The position numbers and the translations under genes are program-made. This document shows, one piece after another, positions 1 to 9,745 of a stretch of DNA of 64,000 nucleotides; positions within the stretch are counted from its first letter, which is position 1; every line of letters starts with the position of its first letter. This DNA comes from Corallochytrium limacisporum Hawaii (lineage: Eukaryota; Protista; Pluriformea). The notes under the pieces were generated by a model that did no database searches, was not told the origin of the DNA, and was given only the letters and a program-made list of their open reading frames with translations. The DNA lies in contig PDIP01000023.1 of the NCBI GenBank assembly GCA_002811645.1, forward strand, positions 85,439 through 149,438, given 5' to 3'.

Positions 1-314
1 TTGATTAATAAAGTATTGATCTATTGTTTTGGAAACCCGCTCCTCGGGGGCCCGTTTTCCTTTGCTACACGGGCGAGTGAAAGGCAGGCAGACGTCTGCA
101 CCTCCTTTTAAAGGGGGCACCCTCCCCCTCGGAACAGTTCACGTGGTGCCCCTTCTTTGCTATGTCTGAGACCCGCCCGGCAGTTTTCCACGTCTCAAGG
201 CAGGGACTAATGGGAGGGAGCTTCAGAGACCCGCCGTGCCAGCGTCAGCAACGGTTTCGCGGAAAAGCATGCGTAGCGCAAGCACGCACAAAATGTTTGC
301 ATACACTGTTTGGA

Positions 315-323
315 CAGGTACTC
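315..323 (+). promoter_or_regulatory. Recurrent upstream element CAGGTACTC (SUA5)
   Basis: GT at 318, 113 nt before ATG 431. A second copy CAGGTATGA at 404-412 lies 132 nt before ATG 539. Confidence 0.45.
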
Positions 324-430
324 GGAAGAATTAGATGCTTGACTTCCAAAACATTGTTGTATGTGATCTGAACAGAATGCCCCAATTCAATTGTTCCAGA
401 TGGCAGGTATGAATGGAGATGTCTTGATTT

Positions 431-1732
431 ATGTATAAGCTCAGAACTGCGGTGCGTAGTTGGAATCGTCATAGCCTGTATCTGCTTTGGTCCGGACGTC
501 ATCGATTGCAGCACCATGGTCTAAGGTCTTTCTATACCATGGCTACACAAATCATTCACGCAGCGTCCCTCAGTGGCGCAGAGCTTGAGGAGGCATTGAA
601 GCCCGCCGTGGAGGACATTCGGTCCGGCAATGTGGTTGCAATCCCGACGGAAACAGTGTACGGACTAGCTGCCAACGCCACTAATAGTGCAGCGGTAAAG
701 AAAATCTATGCTACCAAGGGCCGACCTTCTGACAATCCGCTAATTGTACACGTCAGTAGTCTTGAGATGCTCAGACGATCGAACATAGTCACTGAAATTC
801 CCGACATTTTTGAGGCTATTGCAAAGGACCTCTGGCCTGGGCCTCTCACATTGATCATGTCTAAGAATGCTTCCATAGTGCCTCCGGAGATTTCAGGACA
901 GTTAGAAACTATTGCAGTCCGGATTCCGAGCCATCCAGTCGCTCGAAAATTCATCGAGCTCTGCGACGTGCCGCTGGCGGCACCGAGCGCCAATCTTAGT
1001 GGGAAGCCGAGCCCAACCACGGCGCACCACTGCCTCCAGGACTTGCAAGGCCGCATCTCTTGGATCATCGATGGGGGTGTCTGCGCAGGTGGTCTGGAAT
1101 CAACAGTGCTGAACCCCTTGGCTGATCCTCCTGTGGTGCTCCGGCCGGGTGGTGTGGATCGGCAGACACTCCAAAAGTATTTCTTGAAGTCCATTGAGAT
1201 GTTTTTGCCCCATCGCGACAATGCCAAGGATAGCACCAAAGCGAGCCCCGATAGTCCAATGAAGTCACATCTATCATCAACCAATGGCGATGCTTCACCA
1301 ATGGCACCAGGAATGAAATACCGTCATTACTCTCCAGATGCTGTCGTAACTCTGATTGACCATGCGGGACATGGTGGTTTGACGGGAACAGAATTCTCCG
1401 GGGACAGTCTGAGAATGTTTCTGGAGTCTGAGATTCACAGAAAGAACACCGATGGCGATGGAAAGAAACTGATTGGCTTGATCAACCTCAGCAAGCAGGC
1501 GCACGCGAAAATGATTTGGAGCAATCTTGCCTTCGACGAAGTAATGGATCTCGTGGAAGACAACGCGAGTGATTCATTCAATATCGGCCGTCACATCTTC
1601 GCTAGTCTCCGAGAAATGGATAACCGCCACGTCGATGCCATTGTTGTTATTGGGCTGGACTCTTGGAGTGGTGTTGGTGAAGCAGTGTTCAATCGGATCT
1701 ACAAAGCTGCCGCCTATGTGAAGAGTCCCTAG
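431..1732 (+). CDS. SUA5: Threonylcarbamoyl-AMP synthase Sua5 (YrdC + SUA5 domains), N-terminal presequence-like extension
   Basis: PTETVYGL, KGRPSDNPLIVH, AAPSANLSGKPSPT, GLESTV, LRPGG and APGMKYRHYSP motifs. Second in-frame ATG at 539. Confidence 0.95.
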   Translation: MYKLRTAVRSWNRHSLYLLWSGRHRLQHHGLRSFYTMATQIIHAASLSGAELEEALKPAVEDIRSGNVVAIPTETVYGLAANATNSAAVKKIYATKGRPSDNPLIVHVSSLEMLRRSNIVTEIPDIFEAIAKDLWPGPLTLIMSKNASIVPPEISGQLETIAVRIPSHPVARKFIELCDVPLAAPSANLSGKPSPTTAHHCLQDLQGRISWIIDGGVCAGGLESTVLNPLADPPVVLRPGGVDRQTLQKYFLKSIEMFLPHRDNAKDSTKASPDSPMKSHLSSTNGDASPMAPGMKYRHYSPDAVVTLIDHAGHGGLTGTEFSGDSLRMFLESEIHRKNTDGDGKKLIGLINLSKQAHAKMIWSNLAFDEVMDLVEDNASDSFNIGRHIFASLREMDNRHVDAIVVIGLDSWSGVGEAVFNRIYKAAAYVKSP

Positions 1733-1802
1733 TACAGTTCCAATACTTAGTCAAATAAAGAACGTAAGCATCTTGTAATTGATTGTTATGCAAATTTCGT
1801 AT

Positions 1803-3107
1803 CTATAACTCATCATGCCCATGGAATGGATGATCGGGATCGTCTACAAGCTGTTGGACATCAGGAATATCAGCCTCAGTAAGTTTGCACCAAGCCGGCG
1901 TAGCAAAGGTTACGTACACTCGACAGTCACTATCGTACGCATCAATGATCGTGTTCTCCGATCCACAGGAGAAGTCTATTTTGGCACTCCACTTCTTACC
2001 TCTCCGACAGGTCTGGGCACCTGGTCGATGGATCAATGACCCAGCGTCAAGATCCAGCTTCTTGTTCCATAATCCCACCAATGTCTTCTCTGAAGGCCTG
2101 TTCTTGTCCTTAATTAGGTAAGCTGCTTGCATGATACACACTTCGTACCTACGATCAGTTCCGTCAAAATCAAAACATTCTTCGAAGAGGTCAAAGAGTG
2201 CCTTGTCTTCACCGTAATCAATGCGCAGCAGTTTCTCAAGATCCATGCCCATGTCTCTAATTTCATTGGCCTCGATCCGAATATCTCGGCGTTTCGTGAA
2301 GGCCTCGTTGTATCGATTGGTGACGTCTTGTTCCGCTTTGGTCATTTCCGGGCGCGGAGTGCCGAAGCTGGAGCCTAAGCCTTCCACCCCCGCCTCCTTC
2401 TGTTTCTTCCAGTCCTTGTATCGCTGACTCCATTCCTCTTGCCTCTGGTCATCAGCTTGCTTTGCGGAGTTATAGGCCGCCTCCAGCTCCATTACCACTT
2501 GGTCCAACTCCTTGACTTGCTTGCGCTTTTCCTCGACAGTGTTAGAGTATTCCTTGATCTTTCCCTCGAGAGTCAAAAGTTTCTTCGCACCCCTTGCTTC
2601 CATCTCTGCACGTCTTTCGATGGTGACTCGGGCTCTTCCAATCCGCTCTGCTGCTTCAGCTCGCCACTTCTCAAGGGCCTCTGCGCAGAAGTTTCTACAT
2701 TGTACTGCCAGTGTCATATCCTTGTTGTGCGAGGGTAATAGTGAAGCATCCGATACTTGATTGGCAACCCATTCGTCTTGACCGTCACAGCAGTCACAGA
2801 GTCCGTCGTTGACGAACGAAGCAGGGACTCGGTGGGCTCTGAACCCGATCTGCTGGCAGGTGAAGCTACCATTCGCACATGCCGCAGTGCCTGGCTCATC
2901 ACTACCGTCAGGACAGTCGCATCGGTCGTTGTTCACCCGCTTGCCACTGATCTTCTTGGATCCGTCGAGGCATTCAAACTCTCCACCGTCGATCGCTTTC
3001 CGGTACTGTTCCTGTAGATCGCTTTCTACGCCCATAATCCATCCTTCACCAGTCGCAAAGGCGGTGATCGCCAGGGTCAAGAGCGTCAAGCACTGAGCGA
3101 ACTTCAT
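1803..3107 (-). CDS. PRKCSH: Glucosidase II beta subunit (PRKCSH/Gtb1-like)
   Basis: Signal peptide, NNDRCDCPDGSDEPGTAAC and VNDGLCDCCDGQDE LDLa-like modules, coiled coil, MRH-like C-terminal domain, terminal HDEL. Confidence 0.92.
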   Translation of the reverse strand: MKFAQCLTLLTLAITAFATGEGWIMGVESDLQEQYRKAIDGGEFECLDGSKKISGKRVNNDRCDCPDGSDEPGTAACANGSFTCQQIGFRAHRVPASFVNDGLCDCCDGQDEWVANQVSDASLLPSHNKDMTLAVQCRNFCAEALEKWRAEAAERIGRARVTIERRAEMEARGAKKLLTLEGKIKEYSNTVEEKRKQVKELDQVVMELEAAYNSAKQADDQRQEEWSQRYKDWKKQKEAGVEGLGSSFGTPRPEMTKAEQDVTNRYNEAFTKRRDIRIEANEIRDMGMDLEKLLRIDYGEDKALFDLFEECFDFDGTDRRYEVCIMQAAYLIKDKNRPSEKTLVGLWNKKLDLDAGSLIHRPGAQTCRRGKKWSAKIDFSCGSENTIIDAYDSDCRVYVTFATPAWCKLTEADIPDVQQLVDDPDHPFHGHDEL

Positions 3108-3517
3108 AGTGTTCTATCTTCTTGACAGATCTTGAGAAGACCATTGGTCTCTATGCCAGCGGCACAGGTTAGTTCAACCACTTCCATTCCAATTCCGTTA
3201 GTTAACAATACATCTCAGGACCTGCACCATGAAAATCCTTTTAAACACCTTCAAACACTGTGAATTAAGTCGGGTGTCGAGGCTCTCTTTCCTTGGGTCC
3301 AAGTCGTCCTCGAAGTGCGGCGCATTTGGACGCCAACGTAGAACATCGGTCAAGGCCCCCAACTCGACTCCGATGCACGCACCACAGCCCCCCGGGATGG
3401 GGGGGGTTTGGCAAGTGAGGGAATTGTGTGCTGGAGAACCTTCGCCGCCGCTGTTTTGGCTTTTTTCGGGAACAGGGACGGTGGCGGAACGCAGGACGTG
3501 GGTCGAGAAAGCTTCTT

Positions 3518-3526
3518 CAGGTATTT
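3518..3526 (+). promoter_or_regulatory. Recurrent upstream element CAGGTATTT (TFIIE-beta)
   Basis: GT at 3521, 144 nt before ATG. Confidence 0.55.
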
Positions 3527-3664
3527 CTCATCGTACCAAGTCTATTTGCAACAGAAAACATAGAAGTGTAAATAGTGCAGAGAGTGGCTCAAACGTGAAC
3601 TGCATGACAATGGTTTAATCTCAATGTTAAATATATTGTGACAGTATATCAACATCTAAAAATC

Positions 3665-4585
3665 ATGTCGGGAATGTTCGGTGGCGGCAGCAGCCAGAAA
3701 CCGCCTGCAAGTCAGGGACTACGGTTTGATACCGTTTTGAAGGGCTTGAAACACACAACGACACTCTTTGCTGAGCGTAAGGGACGCAATACAGCCTTGT
3801 TGCATATGCAATGGCAAGCAGATCTTGTTAACCGTTTGAAACGTCACCGCCTCAAGAACCCAAAGACCCTGGGACGAATGTCTGAAGAAGAAGTGAAGGA
3901 GGCCGTCCGTGAATTTGACCGTGCCACACAACCCGAGGCAGACGCAGACGACAAGGAAGAAATTGCCAGGAGGGATGCAGAAATGGAGGACTTCCTGCAG
4001 GGATTGCGCCAGAATCCTCGCATTGCCTACGACGAGAGCGTCAAAAGCTATCGCTTCCGGCCTGCTTACGAAGTTGTGGACAAAAATGGGCTCATGGACG
4101 CCTTGATGGAGAACCGGAACAAGAAGTGGCCACTCTTCTTCAACAATCATCGGAGACACGTCAACCGGCAGGAGCACTGTTTAGGTGTGCCGCTCGAGAC
4201 TAGGGAGAATATTAGTGGTCTCGAAGACTCCTATGAGCTGGTCAAGCGGGATGTCGAGAAGTTGGAAGAAGATGGTAAAGTTTACGTGTTTAAACAGAAG
4301 CACGGTAGTCGCAAGCATATCATCCATATCCACGGTGATCCAAGTACACGACGCAAAGTGAATGAGGAGATCAAGACTCTGTGGAGTCGAGTACACGTGC
4401 CCGCAAAGGAGGAATACTACGCACAGCTTGAGAGTGGGCGTTTGCCCATGATCCGCCTCAAATTCGCTCCCATGGCCGGGGGTGATGAGAAGAAGAAAAA
4501 GTACAAGGCTAGCATCAAGCAGACCAATACTCACGTCGACTTGGATCAGTTCAGCGGGACCGTGAAGATGCAGAAGTTGGGATAA
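3665..4585 (+). CDS. GTF2E2: Transcription initiation factor IIE beta subunit
   Basis: LRQNPRIAYD..YRFRPAYEV, LEEDGKVYV, VNEEIKTLWSRV and basic C-terminal KKKK..QTNTH follow the Tfa2/TFIIE-beta pattern. First ATG at 3665. Confidence 0.85.
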   Translation: MSGMFGGGSSQKPPASQGLRFDTVLKGLKHTTTLFAERKGRNTALLHMQWQADLVNRLKRHRLKNPKTLGRMSEEEVKEAVREFDRATQPEADADDKEEIARRDAEMEDFLQGLRQNPRIAYDESVKSYRFRPAYEVVDKNGLMDALMENRNKKWPLFFNNHRRHVNRQEHCLGVPLETRENISGLEDSYELVKRDVEKLEEDGKVYVFKQKHGSRKHIIHIHGDPSTRRKVNEEIKTLWSRVHVPAKEEYYAQLESGRLPMIRLKFAPMAGGDEKKKKYKASIKQTNTHVDLDQFSGTVKMQKLG

Positions 4586-4646
4586 AGACAACCGTGTGTG
4601 TATTTAGTAAACAATTCTGTGCTCATCCTTACAAACATGACACATG

Positions 4647-5840
4647 TTAATCACTTTTCATGGAGTTAACATTGGCGAGGCTCGAGGTAAGCTGAACACC
4701 CTTCATACCACTATTCTTTCGCGGTCCTCCGGTTCGCTGGTGATGGTTTGATGTCGTAAAGCTATAGGAACCTTGGGGTAGGCCCATGCCAGAGCTACCT
4801 CCCCTTCCGTTCGTCGCTCCCATTTTGCTAATGGGGGAGTTGCTTGGAGTCTGTCGGCTGTCCTCGATCCTAACGCGCGGTGTGTTCAAACCGCCAGTCG
4901 TAGAAAAGTTCTGTGCAAAAGAGAGGCCACTTGAGGGCGATCGGTAGCCTATTTCATTGTGTTGGGCACTATATGCGTGGTCTCCACTATGGTGGAGATC
5001 ATTGTAGCCGGCCGCAGCAGACTGGCTGGATTGGGCACTAACACGACCACTTGGGTGAGTTTCCCTTCGTTTCTTGAATTCAAGGACCTTGTCAAAGAAG
5101 TTTCTGATTGAGGCCATGGCATCGTGCTGGAGCTTCATGCCCTGGGGATCCACTCCATTCACCATGGCGATGTCGCATCCGAACTTACTTGCAAGACTAT
5201 GAGGAATCATCTTGGGGTCCACTGGTCCATATCGTCCCGAACCGGAGCCCTTTGATGCCCTCGGAGCTTGATCCTTCTTGCAGCCCACAATGAGTACTGG
5301 CCTTGCAGCAGGAGCGTCCTCTTCGTCAGGTTCATCCAATCGTGAGGATTCCTCGGACAAGGAGAATCGCCCACCACTTAGAGTCGCCATTGATGCTGAA
5401 GCGGACTTTGATGAGAACCATGAGCTAGCAATGTTCTGAATGTTCTGAAAATCCATTGTCTTATTGCCTCCGAAGACCCGGCGGCTCCATGCACGCAGAT
5501 TCTGCATGCTGCGCAGATTTGTCATATCGTAAACGAGCATCAATCCGTCCTTGGCGTACGTGTAAAACACAGACCGAGCTGCTTCATTGTCTAGTGATCC
5601 CGACACGTCGTAAAATTCTACAAAAACAGGCCCACTTTTGGACTCATAAAGATAGACCTCCACATTGCAACCGATGGTTGAAGGAACACCTGTTTGTGAT
5701 GCTTTCCCTTCACACAGAGCTCGCAGAAAAGATGAGCGACCCGTGCCCGTGTCACCCACCACCAAAATTCTAATCTTTGGCACCGACGTGACGTCGTCTG
5801 GCTCAGGAGCGCGTGCTGGTCCTCGCCCGTAGCCCCACAT
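4647..5840 (-). CDS. RABL3: Rab-like 3 atypical small GTPase with long low-complexity tail
   Basis: ILVVGDTGTGRSS, TIGCNVEV, VEFYDVSGS, RSVFY and DMTNLRSMQNLRAW match the RABL3/LIP1 family. No CaaX. Confidence 0.8.
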   Translation of the reverse strand: MWGYGRGPARAPEPDDVTSVPKIRILVVGDTGTGRSSFLRALCEGKASQTGVPSTIGCNVEVYLYESKSGPVFVEFYDVSGSLDNEAARSVFYTYAKDGLMLVYDMTNLRSMQNLRAWSRRVFGGNKTMDFQNIQNIASSWFSSKSASASMATLSGGRFSLSEESSRLDEPDEEDAPAARPVLIVGCKKDQAPRASKGSGSGRYGPVDPKMIPHSLASKFGCDIAMVNGVDPQGMKLQHDAMASIRNFFDKVLEFKKRRETHPSGRVSAQSSQSAAAGYNDLHHSGDHAYSAQHNEIGYRSPSSGLSFAQNFSTTGGLNTPRVRIEDSRQTPSNSPISKMGATNGRGGSSGMGLPQGSYSFTTSNHHQRTGGPRKNSGMKGVQLTSSLANVNSMKSD

Positions 5841-6018
5841 AGTGGCTTTCGAAACTGTTGTTAAATAAACGTACCATTCATTGATACATCATGCTCGCCC
5901 TATGCTCACATATTTTCGACAACTATTCAGAATACGGTCCGAAAAAGAAAAGCCACATCCCTATGCGTAAACGACATCGATTAGTAAAGTCTCCCATTAA
6001 CAATCCGCCGTCCATCGA

Positions 6019-6027
6019 AAGTACCTG
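6019..6027 (-). promoter_or_regulatory. Recurrent upstream element CAGGTACTT (RABL3)
   Basis: GT at 6024, 184 nt before ATG. Confidence 0.45.
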
Positions 6028-6334
6028 TTTCGCTTGCTAGTATTGGTTACTGCCCGTTTCGACGTGAAACCGACCGGCACCTCCAAAAGGACGAGGCCCG
6101 GGAGTGCCGGCACGGGAAATAGGAATATTCGGAGTCGGACCTGCCTACCCCTCCGCCTCTGTTCCTTTTGAAGGGAGGGAGGGGAGGAGGGGATGAGTTG
6201 GAAGGGTCCAAAGTACACCACATCAAGTGTCTCTTACGGTGATTATACGAATAATGGATTTAATATATGTATATGTTAGTCTTGCCTCCATGGTATCCTG
6301 CATTCTCTAATCATTGTACACCACACCAAGACGA

Positions 6335-7322
6335 TTACGAAATCAGAACAGCATCGACCCTGCGCCCATCGAACAGACGGCCGTTGAGCTTTGCGATCGC
6401 GGCATCTGCAGCTGAACGCTCGGCGAAGACAACAGTCACCAGCACCTGAGAGTCATCAGTAACCGTAACGGAGACGTCCTTGACAGTGCCAAAGGTGCTA
6501 CATTCCTCTTCAACGTCTTCCCGCAACTCATCATCAGCATCTTCCGGACCCCACCATATTGCGCAGTTGAATGACAGCTTCGTCCGCCGCTGACTGAGGT
6601 TCTGAAGTCTGGGTTGCCGTAGTGCTTGACATCACTCCCCGCGGAGCGATGGCAGGAATCACTGTTATCTTGTTGCCACCAAGATCAAACCCATGCATTG
6701 CCTTCACTGCGTCATCTGCTGCTGTTGCTTCCACAAAACTAATGTACATGTATCCACAGTGTCCACCATTCTTCTTTGGCATTTCAAAAGCACTAATCTC
6801 GCCGAATGCATCAAAAACTGACTGCAAGTCTTCCTCTGTAAGCGCTTCATGAACCCCTGAAATAAAAATTCTACATTCGTCCTTTGCCCGCTGCTCCAGT
6901 GCCTTGATAAGTTCATGGTGCCGGGGGTGCAGTGTTGAAGGAAAGTCGATCCTGATATTTCGGCCCTGGACCGACATTCCGTGGCCAAGGCTGCGTGCTT
7001 GGCTTGCTGCCTCTGGTGTCTCAAATGTTAAGAAAGCAAAGTTTTGCTGCTGGCTCCTTGGCCGTTTAACATTAATAACTGGCCCGAATCGTTCCGTCAA
7101 AGTGTGCAGGAACTTCGCCTCGTCCAGGTCTGCTGGGACATTGCCACAGTAGATCTGACAGTGGTCCTGTAGAACCTTCGCTTCCAATACTGCTGGATCA
7201 TCTCCATCTTGGACATTCTTCAGTTTTTCTGTCAACTGCCCTGCAAATGCTCGAGCTGAGGCCAGGCGCTCTTGCTGATCTTTGGAAAGCTGTGGCAAAC
7301 CAGCAGCATGAGCCTGAACCAT
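6335..7322 (-). CDS. PUF60: PUF60-like splicing factor (RRM-RRM-UHM), interrupted by a +1 frameshift at 6549-6552
   Basis: Two RRMs in ORF 6534-7322. Removing one G from ATGGTGGGGTCCG gives QLRNMVGPEDADDELREDVEEECSTFGTV...LNGRLFDGRRV, a typical UHM. Confidence 0.8.
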
Positions 7323-7448
7323 CTTGGTTTCCAGGCTTCAAAAATTCTATTTATGGTTCCATGCCGTGCTTCTTAGTGGAGACCTCCGAGACATGTTTTC
7401 GATGCGTACGGCTCATTCTCTAAGTTTGTTGATATGATTCCTGGTGTG

Positions 7449-7457
7449 AAATACCTG
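7449..7457 (-). promoter_or_regulatory. Recurrent upstream element CAGGTATTT (PUF60)
   Basis: GT at 7454, 132 nt before ATG. Confidence 0.55.
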
Positions 7458-7720
7458 CACAATCGGAAGTTCGATTGTTTCACATGGCCCAACACCCACC
7501 CTGCAACGGTGGGGAGGGCTTCTACGGAGCCTCCGTACTACTAATCAATATTTTCGTTTGAAGCAACCCCTGTCAGACAGAGCCATAATTTTACTACATC
7601 ATGGACACGGCAACGTGCAAAGGATTCACTCAAGGGTCACTAATTGTCACTACTTCATGGTTGAATATTCATACTTTGAACTACAGGTTTCATTTAGGAG
7701 GATACACGGTGATTCTGTGT

Positions 7721-8401
7721 CTACCGACCGCGGCCTCGCCCACGGCCGCGACCGCGTTTCCTGCCCGACTGTGGCGTCGACTTAGCTGCTGCCCTTCCAG
7801 GCCTACCGCGAGCACTCGGTTGCCGTTCATCAGCATCTGGTTCTTTCTTTTCATTCGGCGACTGTCCTCGCGGCGACTTGCGGGAAGATCTACCGACCTT
7901 CTCTTCTTCCTCGTCATCTTCAGGCGGCTTTAGATGATCCACTTCATCTGTCTCTTCGTCTGCTTCTCCCTTTGCTTGTTCTTTATTCGCTGCAATGGTC
8001 TTTTCATATTCCAAAGCCTTCTCTTGCAATGCATCCATATTGAACAAAGAGTTCAACCACGCCTGGACCTGCTTCAGGTTCATGGACTTCTCGACAGTCT
8101 TCACAGCCTTCAGAATTTCGTCCATTGCTTCCTTCTGTTGAGATCCGAGTGGGCGCAGTGCAACGATAGCTTTCAAAGCCACAAGCTCTACTTGGGGTGT
8201 CCAAGCGGCAGAAATTGGTTCCCAGGGATCCCCAGTGGCAGGTTCATTTTTTTGGCGCTTTGCCGGAGGCCCCGCAGACGCTTTGGAGTCAGACTCCGCT
8301 TCCGCTGTTCGTGAAGCACTACGCTTTGGCCGAGGCCGTGTCTGTGCCTGCACTTTCTCATTCGCAGCAGCAGAAGCTGCACGTCCTGATCGACGAGCCA
8401 T
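7721..8401 (-). CDS. MRGBP: Eaf7/MRGBP-like NuA4 subunit
   Basis: WTPQVELVALKAIVALRPLG...WLNSLFNMDALQE resembles the CT20/Eaf7 domain. Acidic/basic tail. First ATG at 8401. Confidence 0.7.
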   Translation of the reverse strand: MARRSGRAASAAANEKVQAQTRPRPKRSASRTAEAESDSKASAGPPAKRQKNEPATGDPWEPISAAWTPQVELVALKAIVALRPLGSQQKEAMDEILKAVKTVEKSMNLKQVQAWLNSLFNMDALQEKALEYEKTIAANKEQAKGEADEETDEVDHLKPPEDDEEEEKVGRSSRKSPRGQSPNEKKEPDADERQPSARGRPGRAAAKSTPQSGRKRGRGRGRGRGR

Positions 8402-8737
8402 TGTTTGTATTTCTTGCTTTACCCTGGATTCGTGCGATTCCTTCACATGATGGTCCCGTATTCTTGAAATCGTTAGACCGTCACAAGATCCATTAATCTA
8501 TGCCCAAATATTGTCTCTACATGTGCTTTCACTAGTGTGCAAAACAAATACCAAACTGAATTTCAGGGAACATTTGTACACCTGCCAATGTTTATCGAGG
8601 GCACAAAATTAGGAAATGACAAGCTAGTCAACAATAAAGTGGTCCACAAAAACTCGCCTTGTTTGCAATAACATCGGCGTTGCGTGGACCGCCTGTTGCA
8701 CACTGAAGGGCCCAGTGTCCCAGCTCATTTCGCCAAC

Positions 8738-8750
8738 TTTCGGCGGGAAA
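8738..8750. promoter_or_regulatory. E2F-consensus-like site TTTCGGCGGGAAA
   Basis: Reverse complement contains TTTCCCGC. Lies in the divergent EAF7/BRCT promoter. Confidence 0.4.
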
Positions 8751-9070
8751 GAAACAAAAAAGAAAACTGAGGAGCCCATCAAAAGAGTGCCCCCCGGGGG
8801 CCCCCCGGGGGGGGGGGGGGGGACGTCAGGGGATACCCTGGGTTGAAGAAGGGGGAAGGGGGGGAAAGGGTGCCCCCCGGGGGCCCCCCGGGGGGGGTGG
8901 TGAGGGACATCAGGGGATACGCTGGGTTGAAGAAGGGGGAAGGGAGGGAAAGGGAGGCTCTGTGCTAAGTCCGACTGCCCCCAGAACGTATTCGGGAGCC
9001 AATGGGTAGCTGCAGCCTATGTTGCAAGTGATGGTGTCATTAACCCGATATTTGTGCATAATCCTTTGAC

Positions 9071-9721
9071 ATGATGTCGAGTAATGCCTACAATGCAGGG
9101 CAGAAATCACAAGCGTATCAAAGAAAGGTGAAGTCCTTTGCACACTCGTTCAGTCGAGCGGAAGATCACTGGTACTCCCGCTATAGCAAGGTTGCTGACA
9201 GCAAGGCTGAGAACACCACGCAGAAGATCGAAAATCAGCACGGACCATACTCAACAGCAGAGGGTCGAACATCCCGAGGAGATACATACTGGAAACGACG
9301 GGCTTCCAAGCAAAACAGGCAGCAGATCGAACGATATGCCAAGCTTTCTAAGGTCTTTGACGGCGTAGTAGTAAACTTCAACGGATATACCGATGGACAC
9401 AACTACACAGATTTATCACGGTTGATAGTGGAAAATGGCGGCACGGCAACGCCCATACCTGGCAGATCGGTGGCCACACACACTATATGCATGCAGCTTT
9501 CCGGAAAGAAGTTACATGAGCACAGAACAAAGAAGCGTCGGAAGGTACACCACTATGTCACACCAAACTGGATCCTTGACAGTATTGACCAAGGAAAACG
9601 ATTGTCGGAGCGAGAGTACTCTTTATTTAAAGCCCCGGAGGATATAAGAAATATAAGAGAACTTCTTACTTCGGGGGCCAAATCAACGGGGTCATACACA
9701 TCCAACTTTTTTAAACGATGA
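9071..9721 (+). CDS. Stand-alone REV1-type BRCT domain protein
   Basis: SKVFDGVVVNFNGYTD..LSRLIVENGG..THTIC..VTPNWILDSIDQGKRLS is REV1 N-terminal BRCT-like. No polymerase domain follows. Confidence 0.8.
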   Translation: MMSSNAYNAGQKSQAYQRKVKSFAHSFSRAEDHWYSRYSKVADSKAENTTQKIENQHGPYSTAEGRTSRGDTYWKRRASKQNRQQIERYAKLSKVFDGVVVNFNGYTDGHNYTDLSRLIVENGGTATPIPGRSVATHTICMQLSGKKLHEHRTKKRRKVHHYVTPNWILDSIDQGKRLSEREYSLFKAPEDIRNIRELLTSGAKSTGSYTSNFFKR

Positions 9722-9745
9722 CACTTTAAGTTTCTTTTATTGTGA

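Noticed and set aside
8788-8955. ~85-bp tandem duplication in the EAF7/BRCT promoter
   Set aside because: Copies differ mainly by bases turned into G runs, typical of misjoined low-quality reads in G/C tracts.
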